Notes: a model not told the origin generated them from the sequence alone. Shown: positions 27,145 through 39,455, numbered from the whole stretch's first letter. The stretch: DNA of 63,220 nt, filler included, from Welwitschia mirabilis (GCA_051453625.1; 5 parts of one record of this genome joined end to end with filler, not necessarily neighbours in it); one strand, 5' to 3'. A program made the numbers and translations.

Positions 27145-27705
27145 CCCCTTTTCTTAATAACTATAATATCTAATATCATTTAGTCAATTTTCTCACATTA
27201 TAGGTTTGAATCCTTTTTCTATTATGTTTTAATAGTTAAATCTTATTTTCTCTATAAACACTTTATTTTTTTACTTCTAGGAGAGAGGATAACTAGTTGA
27301 TTTACTTCCATCCCTAATGTCTTTTTAGGTAATTAATAATATATAAAAGCACTAAATAATAAATCTTTGAAACCAAGTTTAGGCCTCAATATCTTATATA
27401 GGAGAGGTAAATAGCATAGAAATAATGTAATAATTTCTTTTGGACATTTCACTAAATTTTAAACACTTAGATAATAATAAATTTAAATGTTTTCACTAGG
27501 TAATAAGCATAATGAAAATCACATAAAAGATTTGAAAACAAGGCTATTTTTCTTTATTATAGAGTAATTTTAACTAATCCCTTTTATGGGACTTTGTGGT
27601 AATCCGCCAATAATTAAAATATTATTACATGATAATTATTAGTCACCAAATAAGTAATTAAGCTTTTTGAAAAATTGAAACTAAGTACACATAAATCTAT
27701 ATATG
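27145..27705 (-). mobile_element. Continuation of the SIRE gag/PBS/LTR tandem unit
   Basis: Matches 15214-15450 and 16440-16990. PBS remnant TCTTTGAAACCA at 27364-27375. 27656-27705 resembles 17412-17454. Confidence 0.75.
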
Positions 27706-30470
27706 TTATATGTATTTGATAGGGTATTTTGAGTAGTTTTATAGGACATTAGATAGGTATATGCTAAATTTGGATGATAATGAAGAGCTAAGATGAATGA
27801 TACNNNNNNNNNNNNNNNNNNNNNNNNNNNNNNNNNNNNNNNNNNNNNNNNNNTTTTATTACATTTTACAGAATTTGAGGTAATTTAAAATATTTCCTAT
27901 CTAAAGTAAAAATCCTACAAACAAAGAGGTTAATGTGGTACATAGAGAACTATACAAAAGTCTATCATCCAACTCATCATCTAGATGACTATATGGAGGA
28001 TAAAAATGCTTAATCAAAGAAGGATGCTAACGAGATCAATCAGGTTACTAATGTGTAACTCTCATGCTAACATCATCTCTTGTGCCATTGTTGGAAAAGC
28101 TACTTTGAGCTTAAGGACTATTATTACTTAAGTTAATTATTTGGATTTCAGTTTGAGCATTTACTTATAATAGTGCTATATTTTTACAATCAAAACATAG
28201 GTTTTTATTTTTGTAATTTTTGTTTTGTGTTCTAAAATNNNNNNNNNNNNNNNNNNNNNNNNNNNNNNNNNNNNNNNNNNNNNNNNNNNNNNNNNNNNNN
28301 NNNNNNNNNNNNNNNNNNNNNNNNNNNNNNNNNNNNNNNNNNNNNNNNNNNNNNNNNNNNNNNNNNNNNNNNNNNNNNNNNNNNNNNNNNNNNNNNNNNN
28401 NNNNNNNNNNNNNNNNNNNNNNNNNNNNNNNNNNNNNNNNNNNNNNNNNNNNNNNNNNNNNNNNNNNNNNNNNNNNNNNNNNAATGATAACATGCACTAA
28501 AATAAGAATGGAAAATGTTGGAATATTATAAATTATAATAAAAAGATGAAATATTAGAGAGAATAGTTGTTAACTGAAGATAACATTCAAGAAGGTTTGA
28601 TTGACTACAAACATAACCTAGGTATGCACACCCCAGTTACAGAAAATACTTTAAAAATTTAGCAAAAATATTTCTCTATGTTTATTATTTTAAAATTTAA
28701 TTTTTTTAAAGAAATTTTTCAAAAGATAGTTTAGAAGAAAATTATTTTATTATAATGTTAAATTTATTACAAAAATAAAAATAGGTTACTTCACCTAACT
28801 CCCCTATTGTTATTAGAGCCTTTACTACTATTCTTGTAAATCCTAATGCTTATGTCACCCTTAAATAAATTATAGGAAATAAAAAATGTGAAATTCAAAT
28901 CCCTTCTGATCTACCTCTTGGTGATGATGTTGAGTTAAGAAATCTAAATGTATATTCTATTTTTAACGGAGAAAAGGATGAAGATCCAATATAATATAGC
29001 CAACATTGAACAATTAGTACTTACTTGTGGAAATGGTAAAAAACAAATTAGTGATCATACTTATATGGTTATTTTTCCCATTACTCTAAAAATAAAAGCT
29101 AAATTATAATTAAGAAATATTTTACATAAAATTTTAAAAACATAAGATTAAGATTTAGTTCAAGATGCATTTATAAAAGTATTTGTGAGTGAAACAACCA
29201 TAAGAAAAATAAAGAAAGAAGTAACCATAAGAAAAAGAAAGAAAGAAGGAACTAACTTCTAATAACAACCTATTGAAGATTATACCTCCACTTATAAGAG
29301 ATTTTTTATTGCTATACATTCTAATCTCATAGATGCTTTTACATAAGAATATTTAGGAAATTACTTTTATAGTGGTACCATCTAATAAAATATTATCCTT
29401 TAATACCAACATAAATAGAAATGATTTATGAAGAGGTGTGTGCATTTAATCGGAGGTCTTCAAACTTTAGAAATGAAAACCAAAACCAAAATCAAAATTA
29501 AAATCAAACCAAAATCAAAACCAGTTTTAAAATATGATGAATGAATAACAAATTTTTAATTTTTTGAAAGCAAATTTAAGAACTTTCAAGTAAATCATCC
29601 TAATTTCCAACCATTTAAAAACATATTTGAGAATGCTAAATTTTAAATAAATTACTTAATCTTTTAATTAAATAACTTTAAATATCAAGCAATCATATTA
29701 AACTCACAAAACAAAATGATTTGCTTAGAAATTTCATTGATGAGTTAAGAAAATCTCAAGAGAATACAAATTCAAACATTGAAAATCTTGTTAATGTTCT
29801 ATAATAAACTATACTTGCTAATTAAGAAACATAAGAATTACTTGTAACACAGACTTTACTAAATCCTAATAAAGTTAAAAAAGATTGTAAGGTTATGAAA
29901 AGAAGTGGAAATGATAAAACACTTTCTACTCTAGAGGCTTCAACATCTCAAGATGATAAAAATGATGAGAAAGAAAAATATATTGAAATTTTAGAAAATC
30001 ATTCTTTTCCTTTTCCTTTAAATGATAACACTAAAAATTCTTCTCGAGAAAAAGATAAGAAACTTACTATCCCTTGACTTAATAGATTGAACACTAATCC
30101 TACATTTGATAAACATATTAAAGGCTTAATGCCAAATGTAAACATAAATTTACCATTTTAGAGAATTTTACAAGAGAATCCTAAATATTCTAAGTTGTGG
30201 AAAGATCTAATCAAGAAGAAACAAAAATGAAATATACCTAGTAAAGTCTTCTTATCCAAATAGATAATCAACTTAGTCTTACAAAAATGTTCAAAGATGA
30301 AGAATCCATGGGTTAGTAACTACTAGTGTTACTTTAAAATGGAAAAAAAATAAAGAAAGCCTTGATTAATGTATAAGCAAGTGTTAATATTATAACTTTG
30401 CACATTTTTCACTAACTTGGATTGAAAAGTACAATTAACCCTATAAGGATTATCTTATAATTAGTAAATA
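27704..30470 (+). mobile_element. Athila-type element 2, 5' part (shortened LTR, PBS, gag, protease)
   Basis: LTR-like start matches 26068-26160. PBS remnant TGTGCCATTGTTGGAAAAGCTACT at ~28081 resembles 19713-19738. Confidence 0.8.
28515..30470 (+). pseudogene. gag: Athila-2 gag-protease remnant
   Basis: 'IFNGEKDEDP', 'KRSG', 'NINLPF*RILQENPKYSKLWKDL', and protease 'KALINV*ASVNII' (cf. KAL.DLGASVNLMP). Confidence 0.8.
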
Positions 30471-30579
30471 NNNNNNNNNNNNNNNNNNNNNNNNNNNNNN
30501 NNNNNNNNNNNNNNNNNNNNNNNNNNNNNNNNNNNNNNNNNNNNNNNNNNNNNNNNNNNNNNNNNNNNNNACTATCCTA

Positions 30580-31305
30580 ACTAACTTGGGGGCAAAGGAA
30601 TCCCCCTTTTGTTGGGGCTATCTTAAGCAGTAGTTTTCTCTGGAATAGGGTTCCTATCAGAATAGGTTTTTCTTATATAGATTCTTCTAGAAGTCTAGTG
30701 AGGACAATGATGGGTTGTATGAGAAGGGACTTCTCTTGCCCTAGATTCTTGTGCTACTCTCTACAGATCCAAGATTAATCCTGAGTGCCTTGAGAAATCC
30801 TTCCCTTTAAGAACTTGGATGAAAAAGAATGGTAGATTCACCTAATGTCCCAGGTCAAGAGCTTAATGAAAGCAAAATAAATACCTAAAAACTTGAAGAA
30901 CTTCCCTGATTGGATGAAGTAATGATTTATAAGTTTTGCACCTAGTCCCTAAGGGGGCGGTAGCACCTTCCTACTGATGTTCCTATTAGATAGTTTGGAA
31001 ACCTCATCAGAGAAGAAATGGAGAGCTTTACATTACTCTCTGCTTCCAAATAGAATTCACTTACCTTCTACAGGGATATCCAGTAGCTTAGAGAAGGAGT
31101 CTGTAGAGATTTCTATTGGCGTTCTTTGAAAAATGATGCATCCTCCTCTCCATCTCCTATATAAGGGGATGATATCATCCCTTTTATCTCCTCTCAACTT
31201 ATGCAAAAGGGGTTCTCACCCTAGTGCCTGTATTTTCTCCCATAGAGCAGGGCATCATTCTAAAAGGCCTGAATCAGAAGGCTTAATAGTTGAAGTAACT
31301 TCCAT
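30580..31305 (-). pseudogene. Orphan retrotransposon env-like / extra ORF remnant
   Basis: One frame with few stops: 'MEVT...LWEKIQALG*EPLLHKLRG...FQRTPIEISTDSFSKLLDIPVEG...VNLPFFFIQVL...HSGLILDL'. TATA-like CCTATATATATAG lies ~45 bp upstream. Confidence 0.55.
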
Positions 31306-33179
31306 TATAATTTTGATTTGAAAATGAAGGTGAATAATCCTCCTTACTATATATATAGGAAAGGGTAGGGGATGTTATTAAAAATTAGATTGTTTCTAAT
31401 CTGCCAAGTTTGCTAAAATTTTAGGCAGATACCATTTAATAAATGCATGTTAGGAGCGTTACAGATTTGGTAGTACTTCATCATTATGAAGATTAATTCT
31501 TTGCTCCAAATTCATTGGTGAAAAAGCTCTTGTGTTGTTTCTAGATTGGACTGGCAGATGGGATAGTTAGGTTTACTTGAAATCCCCTTTTGAGCAATTG
31601 GTCTGTTATTAAAATTCTTTGATGGTCTTTTAGCCAGCAAAAAACCTTAAATTTTTTTAAAATATGTCTCCTCTAATACCTCTTGTAATCATCCTATTTT
31701 CCATACTTTTTTTATAAGAAGATATTTGATTAAATCAGTCTAACAAATGTTCAAGTCTATGAGTTGTTAGTAAGATTTTCTGAGATGCTTTCTTAGATAG
31801 GACTCACCATATTAATTGTCTAGTCTTTGTATTTGTAATTAATCAACTCACACTAGGGTTGACCTCCTTTTTGTAGTCTTTTGAGGATTCTTTGTGCTCC
31901 AGGGAGGACATAGTATTTAGGCTTTTAAATCCTGCAACCTGTTCATTCCTTTGGGTGGATAATAATCTTCCATTTATAGATATGAATTTAATGGTAATCC
32001 TTTTAAAATATTTACTTTTTATTACATAGTCATTTTTATATTTATATCACATAAAAGGGTCATTATCTCATTATCCTAATAGAGAAATAATCTCATTCTC
32101 ATGTAAAAAAAGAAAATTCACCTTTTTATTGATTCAAACTTAAGGATCTATAAATGCCTGCATATCTTAATAAAAAACTAAACAATTCAAAGAACTGACT
32201 AATGAAAAAGTAAAAATCTATAAAAGTTCAACTAAAATTTGAAAAGTTAAAATAATATCTTTATTTAAGGATTAAAGGAAAGACCATTAACTAGGATTAG
32301 TAAGTATTACAAACTCATAAAATAATGGAAGAGGTGGATGAAATATAGGTAATAAACATTTATATGAAGGTAATTTAGATGAGTGAAAGTAAGTATGAGT
32401 GAGGTAAATGGAAACGAGTAGCATTTCCTATCAAAAGTGCATTCTTTAACACATAAATATTTTCATAGTTTTTATTGAGAACCCATTATTATTAATTAAT
32501 TTAATGAGTTTTTATAGTTAGTTAATTGTGTAGATATTTTTCAACACCGGGTAACTGATTCTTATAAGTGGGTGATTGACCTGTTAAGAACTATGAAACA
32601 ACTTCAGGTATAAGTGACCAAGCATATCATATCAGGCAACTGGGCTAATACATTAAGAAGAAGACCAATTATAGAATGGATGACCGAGTATATGCTATCG
32701 AGCAATTATGCTAATACATTAGGAAGAAGACTGGTTTAAGCATGAGTAACCATGAAAATCTATTTAGGCAATCCAGTAAGAACCTCTATGTAAAAATTAA
32801 GGTAAACAAGGGTGACCGCTCAAAAAGATACTGGTGATCATACTACAATCTGTTGAATTTAGTTAGATGACAAAATGGGTGACTAACTAGTAATAACTAG
32901 TGAATCTTTAATTTCTTGATAGTAAGGATGAATGAACGACTTAGTTATGGGTGGCTGCATACTGCTCAGAATCTACTATTGCAGTGTGAATATATAAAGT
33001 TTGGAAATCCCTTAGGTCAACTTGTAAATCATGTAAATTACAAAAAACACACTTTATTATAGATGGGAGTCACCCAAATATCATAATGAAACAAAGGCAC
33101 TAGGTTTAGAATTAGAAATTGATTTTTCCAAGGTTNNNNNNNNNNNNNNNNNNNNNNNNNNNNNNNNNNNNNNNNNNNN

Positions 33180-33191
33180 TTAATTAATTAA
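33180..33191. other. Artificial scaffold spacer TTAATTAATTAA
   Basis: Centred in a 100-bp N block. Confidence 0.97.
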
Positions 33192-33244
33192 NNNNNNNNN
33201 NNNNNNNNNNNNNNNNNNNNNNNNNNNNNNNNNNNCTCAATATT

Positions 33245-33580
33245 AACTTCACTACCTAATTTGGTGATTTGTAAAGCCCACTGCCTCATTTGATGATCTA
33301 TGTTTCTCATATAATATTTAACTTTACTACTTCATTCAGTGATCTGTGAAGCTTGCTACCTCATTTGGTGATCTGTTGTAATCATAATAATATATATAAA
33401 ATCTCATTTATCATTAACTTCACTACCTCGTTTGGTAATCTGTGAAGCCCACTACCTCATTCAGTGATTTGTGATAATATAATATCTTCACTACCTCATT
33501 TTATGACCTATGGGATTCTCTCTTCACTACCTCATTCGGTAATCTGTGAAGTCCACTACCTCATTCAGCAATCTGTGAAA
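33245..33580 (+). repeat. ~29-bp degenerate tandem repeats (CACTACCTCATTCGGTGATCTGTGAAGCC) in the Tekay LTR
   Basis: About ten imperfect copies; the same array is at 52135-52440. Confidence 0.85.
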
Positions 33581-33924
33581 AATCCATAACTATAAGTCCA
33601 ATAAGAAGATATCACGAAGCCAAGAGAAGATTAACCATGATAGACACCTTGACAAGACTTCAACAGCAGATTACAAAATGGGTAGAATGGATTTAATCAT
33701 AAGTTTTTATCTCATACTAAGAAAGATAGCCTCAAGATATCAAGAACAAGGATAATGAAAATGAAACATGTATCAGCGCAAAGTTTATCTCATTCGAGCA
33801 TTGCATGATTTAATTTTCATCATATAGGATTATAAATATACATCAATTTCAATAAATAAATACCTAATCGAGGGTGATCAAGAAAATAGAAAAGTATAGA
33901 ATCATACATAACATGATTATTTTA

Positions 33925-34260
33925 ACACAAAATGCATAAGAAAGGACCAACAAGGAAACACAAATGTATAGAACCATATGATAAACAGGACAATCTCAAT
34001 ACAGAATGCATAAGAAAGGACTAACAAGGAAGCACAAAGATAAGGAACTATATAATAAACACGATAATCTCAATACAGAATGCATAAGAAAGAANNNNNN
34101 NNNNNNNNNNNNNNNNNNNNNNNNNNNNNNNNNNNNNNNNNNNNNNNNNNNNNNNNNNNNNNNNNNNNNNNNNNNNNNNNNNNNNNNNNNNNNNACGATA
34201 ATCTCAATACAGAATGCATAAGAAAGAACCAACAAGGAAGCACAAAGGTAAGGAATCATA
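33925..34260 (+). repeat. ~70-bp tandem repeats (CAGAATGCATAAGAAAGGACCAACAAGGAA...) in the Tekay LTR
   Basis: Four copies, one cut by a gap; three copies at 52780-52980. Confidence 0.85.
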
Positions 34261-34899
34261 CTGATTTTCAAGAAGAACTTAATATCTTTGCTAGTCTTCA
34301 AGGCTTTTTTGGCTCCAAGACTTAGTAGTAAAAGGTTCTCTAAAAATGAAAGTGAAATAAAAGGAGGAGGAAAGTCCTATTTATAGTCGAGGTTGGGTGG
34401 AATGCGAAGAGTTACAAGAATATGAGGACAAAGAAAAGTTGAAAAAGATTNNNNNNNNNNNNNNNNNNNNNNNNNNNNNNNNNNNNNNNNNNNNNNNGGG
34501 TTACATAACATCTCATAAATAATTGCCTCATCACCAAGTGCTTTGAATAATATAATCAAGATAATTCTTCACATTTAATAATGAGTAAAAGGAATAAGTA
34601 ACATGTTTTCATAGTATACATTCAATTTAGTATTACATTTAATTGTATAAGTAAATAAAAGATATCATTTTTACCATAAGAGTATAAAACATTGGGTACA
34701 AACATTTACACCAAATAGTATTCATATTGGAATTTAATAAGTTTGCATTTCAAGAATCATAGCATTTACAACAATTGGAGGTTTTAAGTAAATTAAAATT
34801 TTCCAAATATTTTATTAAACATAAGCTTGCAAATTTTATAAGAAAAGAAAAAAATGTGGACATGACATTTCTCACCTCATTAAGAAGTTTTGTCCTTAA

Positions 34900-37729
34900 A
34901 ACTTACTAAAAGATCAGGTTTCCACTGATTAATATCTACATTTTCCTCCCAAGTTACTACTTATATAGATTAGTTATGTCATAATAANNNNNNNNNNNNN
35001 NNNNNNNNNNNNNNNNNNNNNNNNNNNNNNNNNNNNNNNNNNNNNNNNNNNNNNNNNNNNNNNNNNNNNNNNNNNNNNNNNNNNNNNAAGAATCATAGCA
35101 TTAACAAAAATTAGGGGTTTTAAGTAAATTAAAATTTTCCAAATTTTTCATTAAACATAAGCTTGCAAATTTTATAAGAAAAGAAAAAATGTGGACATGA
35201 CATTTCTCACCTCATTAAGAAGTTTTGTCCTTAAAACTTGCTAAAAGATCAAGTTTCCACTGATTAATATTTGCATTTTCCTCCCAAGTTACTACTTATA
35301 TAGATTCGTTATGTCATAATAATCTTGAAAATGTTCTCTATTAAATGTATTAAAGGTTGATTTTATAGACATACATATCTTTAAAATCTTCCAAAGGATT
35401 AATTAACAGTTCAAACTATGATTGGTGTCTTCATACATACATGGATCATGCAACCTTACTAAGCACTTCACGGTAAATTAAAAGTCATATTCCACCTTCT
35501 TCATTTTGACAAACTTATTACAAAGTGCATGTTGAAAGTTCTTCTTAATTGCCTTCATGTTGAAAGTAGTTTGTATAGGCTAAACTATAGCTTCACATTA
35601 ATGTTCTTCAATAAACAAATCCACATAGCTTAGTTTAGGTTATTGATATCATCAATATAAAGATTCATAAAACTAATGTTTGAGTTATGTGTTGCATATT
35701 CACCTTCATCACAATGATAAAATTCACAGCATATTAACTTCAAAAATGTAGATAGATTCTTATGTTAATCATGACCTTCTAATCTTTTTCATGTTCTAGT
35801 ATTTTAATGATCACTTGATTAGAGAAAAAGTAATGAACAACATATCTTCATAAGAGGTGGGGTAATAACTACATAATTGCTTTTGCAATGAAATCAAAAG
35901 AACAAAGTTGAATATACTTCTAGATAGTTGAAAACCTTTTCATTTCATAAGCCAAATATCCTAATGACCTCCTTACATTAACTAAAGCATTATGTGTTTA
36001 AACCATTATGTTTAAAAGTGTAACTTAAGTTGAAAATGTTACAATCTCTTACTCAAAATTTTGATATACACTTCTAAAGTTGTTATGTAGAAATTCTTCA
36101 AGCTTAAGTTTCAATATTATAGACTTCTTTCACATAGACTTCTTTGATGTGCACTTCTTATTTCAAATTTCATTGATACTTCTACATGTATAATTTAGTT
36201 GAATTTTCACTTCAATGATTTATATGAATGATATAGCATCTTAAAGTCTAATAAGTCAAGAACATAGTGTATAAAATAAGGTTATGCAAGTATAGGCCAC
36301 ATTAGTAATACCAGAGATTTTCAATTATTTAAGAGCAAGCAGTGTCTAGTCCATAAGGTTAAATTGCACAATACATCCAAACAAGATTACAAACTTTAAT
36401 CATATAGCAATAAGATTAGCTGATTAAGGTTTATCAAGCATCTAAGGATTGCAACATGCACGCCAATAATAACTTCAAATGAGTGTTTAATTAATACAAG
36501 AATTTATTAAGATAAAGGATTATTGTAAGATTGCTAACAATAGAATATAGGCTGACCAAATAAGCCAAAGAGTTAATCCATTAATGCAAGTAATAAATCA
36601 TAATAATATTAAGAGAATATTTTTCATGATCATGAGGAAAAAGTTTATCTAAATCTTTCTTAAGTATTATAAAGCTTTAATTTGATAGAGGTAAAGAATC
36701 AATTTCTTAAATTGACTTTATATTCCCATTTACAAAATTAATTTCTATGCCATTTAGATTGTTTTTATCTTTTTATTTGAGAAAATTTTATTCCTTTATT
36801 TATGTCTTTGCAGTTTCATTGATGTTAAATTTAACCATAACCATAACATCTTTTATTTTTAAAGACTTAATACTAATATGATCTACCTCTTCTTCAATTC
36901 GTTGTCATCATCAGAAGGAATAAATGTTTTATGAAAAATTTTAACTAGAGTGGAAAAAAAATTGACTTCAATAGAAATAACCTCTAGATTTAACTAAATG
37001 GAATCTTCTTAACACATGTTGTAGGTGTTTCTTAATGCTTCCTTTTAAGGTAATTCTAACATAGTGAGACTTTAATATAGAAAATGTTCCATTATCTTAA
37101 ATTATTAATTGAATTTTAAGGAATGAGCATTTCTTGGTAGTCCCATAAATCTATCTCTTTTTCTTCCTTAAAGTTTATATGTTACTCTATTATTGCCAGT
37201 AGCCACATTTACTCTATTTCTTCTTCTGACCATACCTAAATTCTAGGTAAAAGGTTTTTTCCATAGTTGCATTCTTTTGAGATTCTTCCTTTTTCTCTAA
37301 TATTTTTATTCAAGATGCATAATTTTTCACTAATTTTGGCCTTCTTTAAGGCTTCTATAATTGTCTTTGGTTAAAATTATTTGACTTAATCTTAAATTAC
37401 TGAATGTAGACCAGTCACAACTCTTCTAAAGTTTATTTCTCCATACTTGCTTATAAAATTGTAGAATTTATTGGCCTCCACATTTATGAAAAATTTTTGT
37501 GATGAATCTACCTTCATATCTTCTTTTAAATCTTCTAATTTATAAGTGTTGAAAACATCGATTAAAGTATTTTACATATCATCATATTTCTGCATTCCAT
37601 CATATAGTTACTTCTTCTAACCAGTTGATGAGTAGTGAAGTTGAATGATACTAATTTGCTTTATACATAATAATTATGCTTCCAAACGTGCCATGTTGTT
37701 GATACCTTAAAAGGTTGAAGAATTTTTCT
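34900..37729 (-). pseudogene. Tekay gag-PR remnant with deleted pol and chromodomain
   Basis: Protease-end motif near 36370-36430, 'LKLKLEEFLHNNFR' (RT N-terminal linker) near 36080-36120, integrase C-terminal 'VKMKKVEYDF...VRLHDP' near 35450-35515, chromodomain near 35260-35330. Confidence 0.6.
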
Positions 37730-39329
37730 NNNNNNNNNNNNNNNNNNNNNNNNNNNNNNNNNNNNNNNNNNNNNNNNNNNNNNNNNNNNNNNNNNNNNNN
37801 NNNNNNNNNNNNNNNNNNNNNNNNNNNNNNNNNNNNNNNNNNNNNNNNNNNNNNNNNNNNNNNNNNNNNNNNNNNNNNNNNNNNNNNNNNNNNNNNNNNN
37901 NNNNNNNNNNNNNNNNNNNNNNNNNNNNNNNNNNNNNNNNNNNNNNNNNNNNNNNNNNNNNNNNNNNNNNNNNNNNNNNNNNNNNNNNNNNNNNNNNNNN
38001 NNNNNNNNNNNNNNNNNNNNNNNNNNNNNNNNNNNNNNNNNNNNNNNNNNNNNNNNNNNNNNNNNNNNNNNNNNNNNNNNNNNNNNNNNNNNNNNNNNNN
38101 NNNNNNNNNNNNNNNNNNNNNNNNNNNNNNNNNNNNNNNNNNNNNNNNNNNNNNNNNNNNNNNNNNNNNNNNNNNNNNNNNNNNNNNNNNNNNNNNNNNN
38201 NNNNNNNNNNNNNNNNNNNNNNNNNNNNNNNNNNNNNNNNNNNNNNNNNNNNNNNNNNNNNNNNNNNNNNNNNNNNNNNNNNNNNNNNNNNNNNNNNNNN
38301 NNNNNNNNNNNNNNNNNNNNNNNNNNNNNNNNNNNNNNNNNNNNNNNNNNNNNNNNNNNNNNNNNNNNNNNNNNNNNNNNNNNNNNNNNNNNNNNNNNNN
38401 NNNNNNNNNNNNNNNNNNNNNNNNNNNNNNNNNNNNNNNNNNNNNNNNNNNNNNNNNNNNNNNNNNNNNNNNNNNNNNNNNNNNNNNNNNNNNNNNNNNN
38501 NNNNNNNNNNNNNNNNNNNNNNAATCTCAATTTTCAAGTGATCACATAACATCTTGATTTAGGCCAACTATTAAATAAAATGTTATTAGAAAAAAAAAAT
38601 TGAAGAATCATTAAATAAGTATAGGACATATGGGTAAATTTGTTCACCTTAACTAGATGAGGATCTTGATGGTATAACTACACTACATAACCCGTGAAAT
38701 AAAAAGAAATTCCAAAGATCCCAATATAAAATTTGAATTCATTAGGATAAATGAATCTAAATATCCTCAGTGAATGAGAATTAGNNNNNNNNNNNNNNNN
38801 NNNNNNNNNNNNNNNNNNNNNNNNNNNNNNNNNNNNNNNNNNNNNNNNNNNNNNNNNNNNNNNNNNNNNNNNNNNNNNNNNNNNNNNNNNNNNNNNNNNN
38901 NNNNNNNNNNNNNNNNNNNNNNNNNNNNNNNNNNNNNNNNNNNNNNNNNNNNNNNNNNNNNNNNNNNNNNNNNNNNNNNNNNNNNNNNNNNNNNNNNNNN
39001 NNNNNNNNNNNNNNNNNNNNNNNNNNNNNNNNNNNNNNNNNNNNNNNNNNNNNNNNNNNNNNNNNNNNNNNNNNNNNNNNNNNNNNNAGTTGTCAAGTTA
39101 TGAGTTCTCTTATTAACGTGAAGAGATGTTTTAATGTGAGCATTCAGCTGGAATTGCATACAAGGAAAGGAATATTGTTAATCATTTATTTTGTGAACAA
39201 CATTAGCATTTTCAAGCAAACTCATTTTAGTCAATTTCCATTAAAAGCAAGCTAAGTTTATGTTACTAAAAGTGAATCTGTAAGGGGAAATAAGAAAAGG
39301 TGAGAGCGGAACAACTTATAAGATATCTT

Positions 39330-39455
39330 AAAAATCTTCAAAGATAGGCATACACTGATGAATAAGATGCATNNNNNNNNNNNNNNNNNNNNNNNNNGCA
39401 TCAGGTATACATGATTCTAATTCCATCTTAGACAAAAGATTTCTGAAGAACCATT
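39330..39455 (+). pseudogene. Putative plant mobile domain (PMD, aminotransferase-like) pseudogene, 5' part
   Basis: 'FKDRHTLMNKMH-[25 N]-ASGIHDSNSILDKRFLKNH' resembles the PMD N-terminus 'WV.KM...H...W..AGI..AI..S....KN'. The frame continues after the SIRE insertion at 50078. Confidence 0.45.

Larger units (their letters stand above)
33236..37729 (-). mobile_element. Ty3/gypsy chromovirus (Tekay/Del-type), internally deleted; 3' LTR at 33236-34867
   Basis: PPT/LTR junction (plus strand GTGGACATGACA-TTTCTCACCTCATTAAGAAGTTTTGTCCTT, cf. Tekay GTGACA-TTCTCCCCCCTTAA..TTTCGTCCTCGA). Chromodomain remnant 'LL*HN*SI*VVTWEENVD'. Protease and gag remnants lie further right. Confidence 0.75.

Noticed and set aside
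33245..33580. CRISPR-like look of ~29-bp repeats with variable intervening sequence (also 52135-52440)
   Set aside because: Repeats are degenerate and often adjacent, the intervening pieces are themselves repeated, they lie in a plant retrotransposon LTR, and there are no cas genes.
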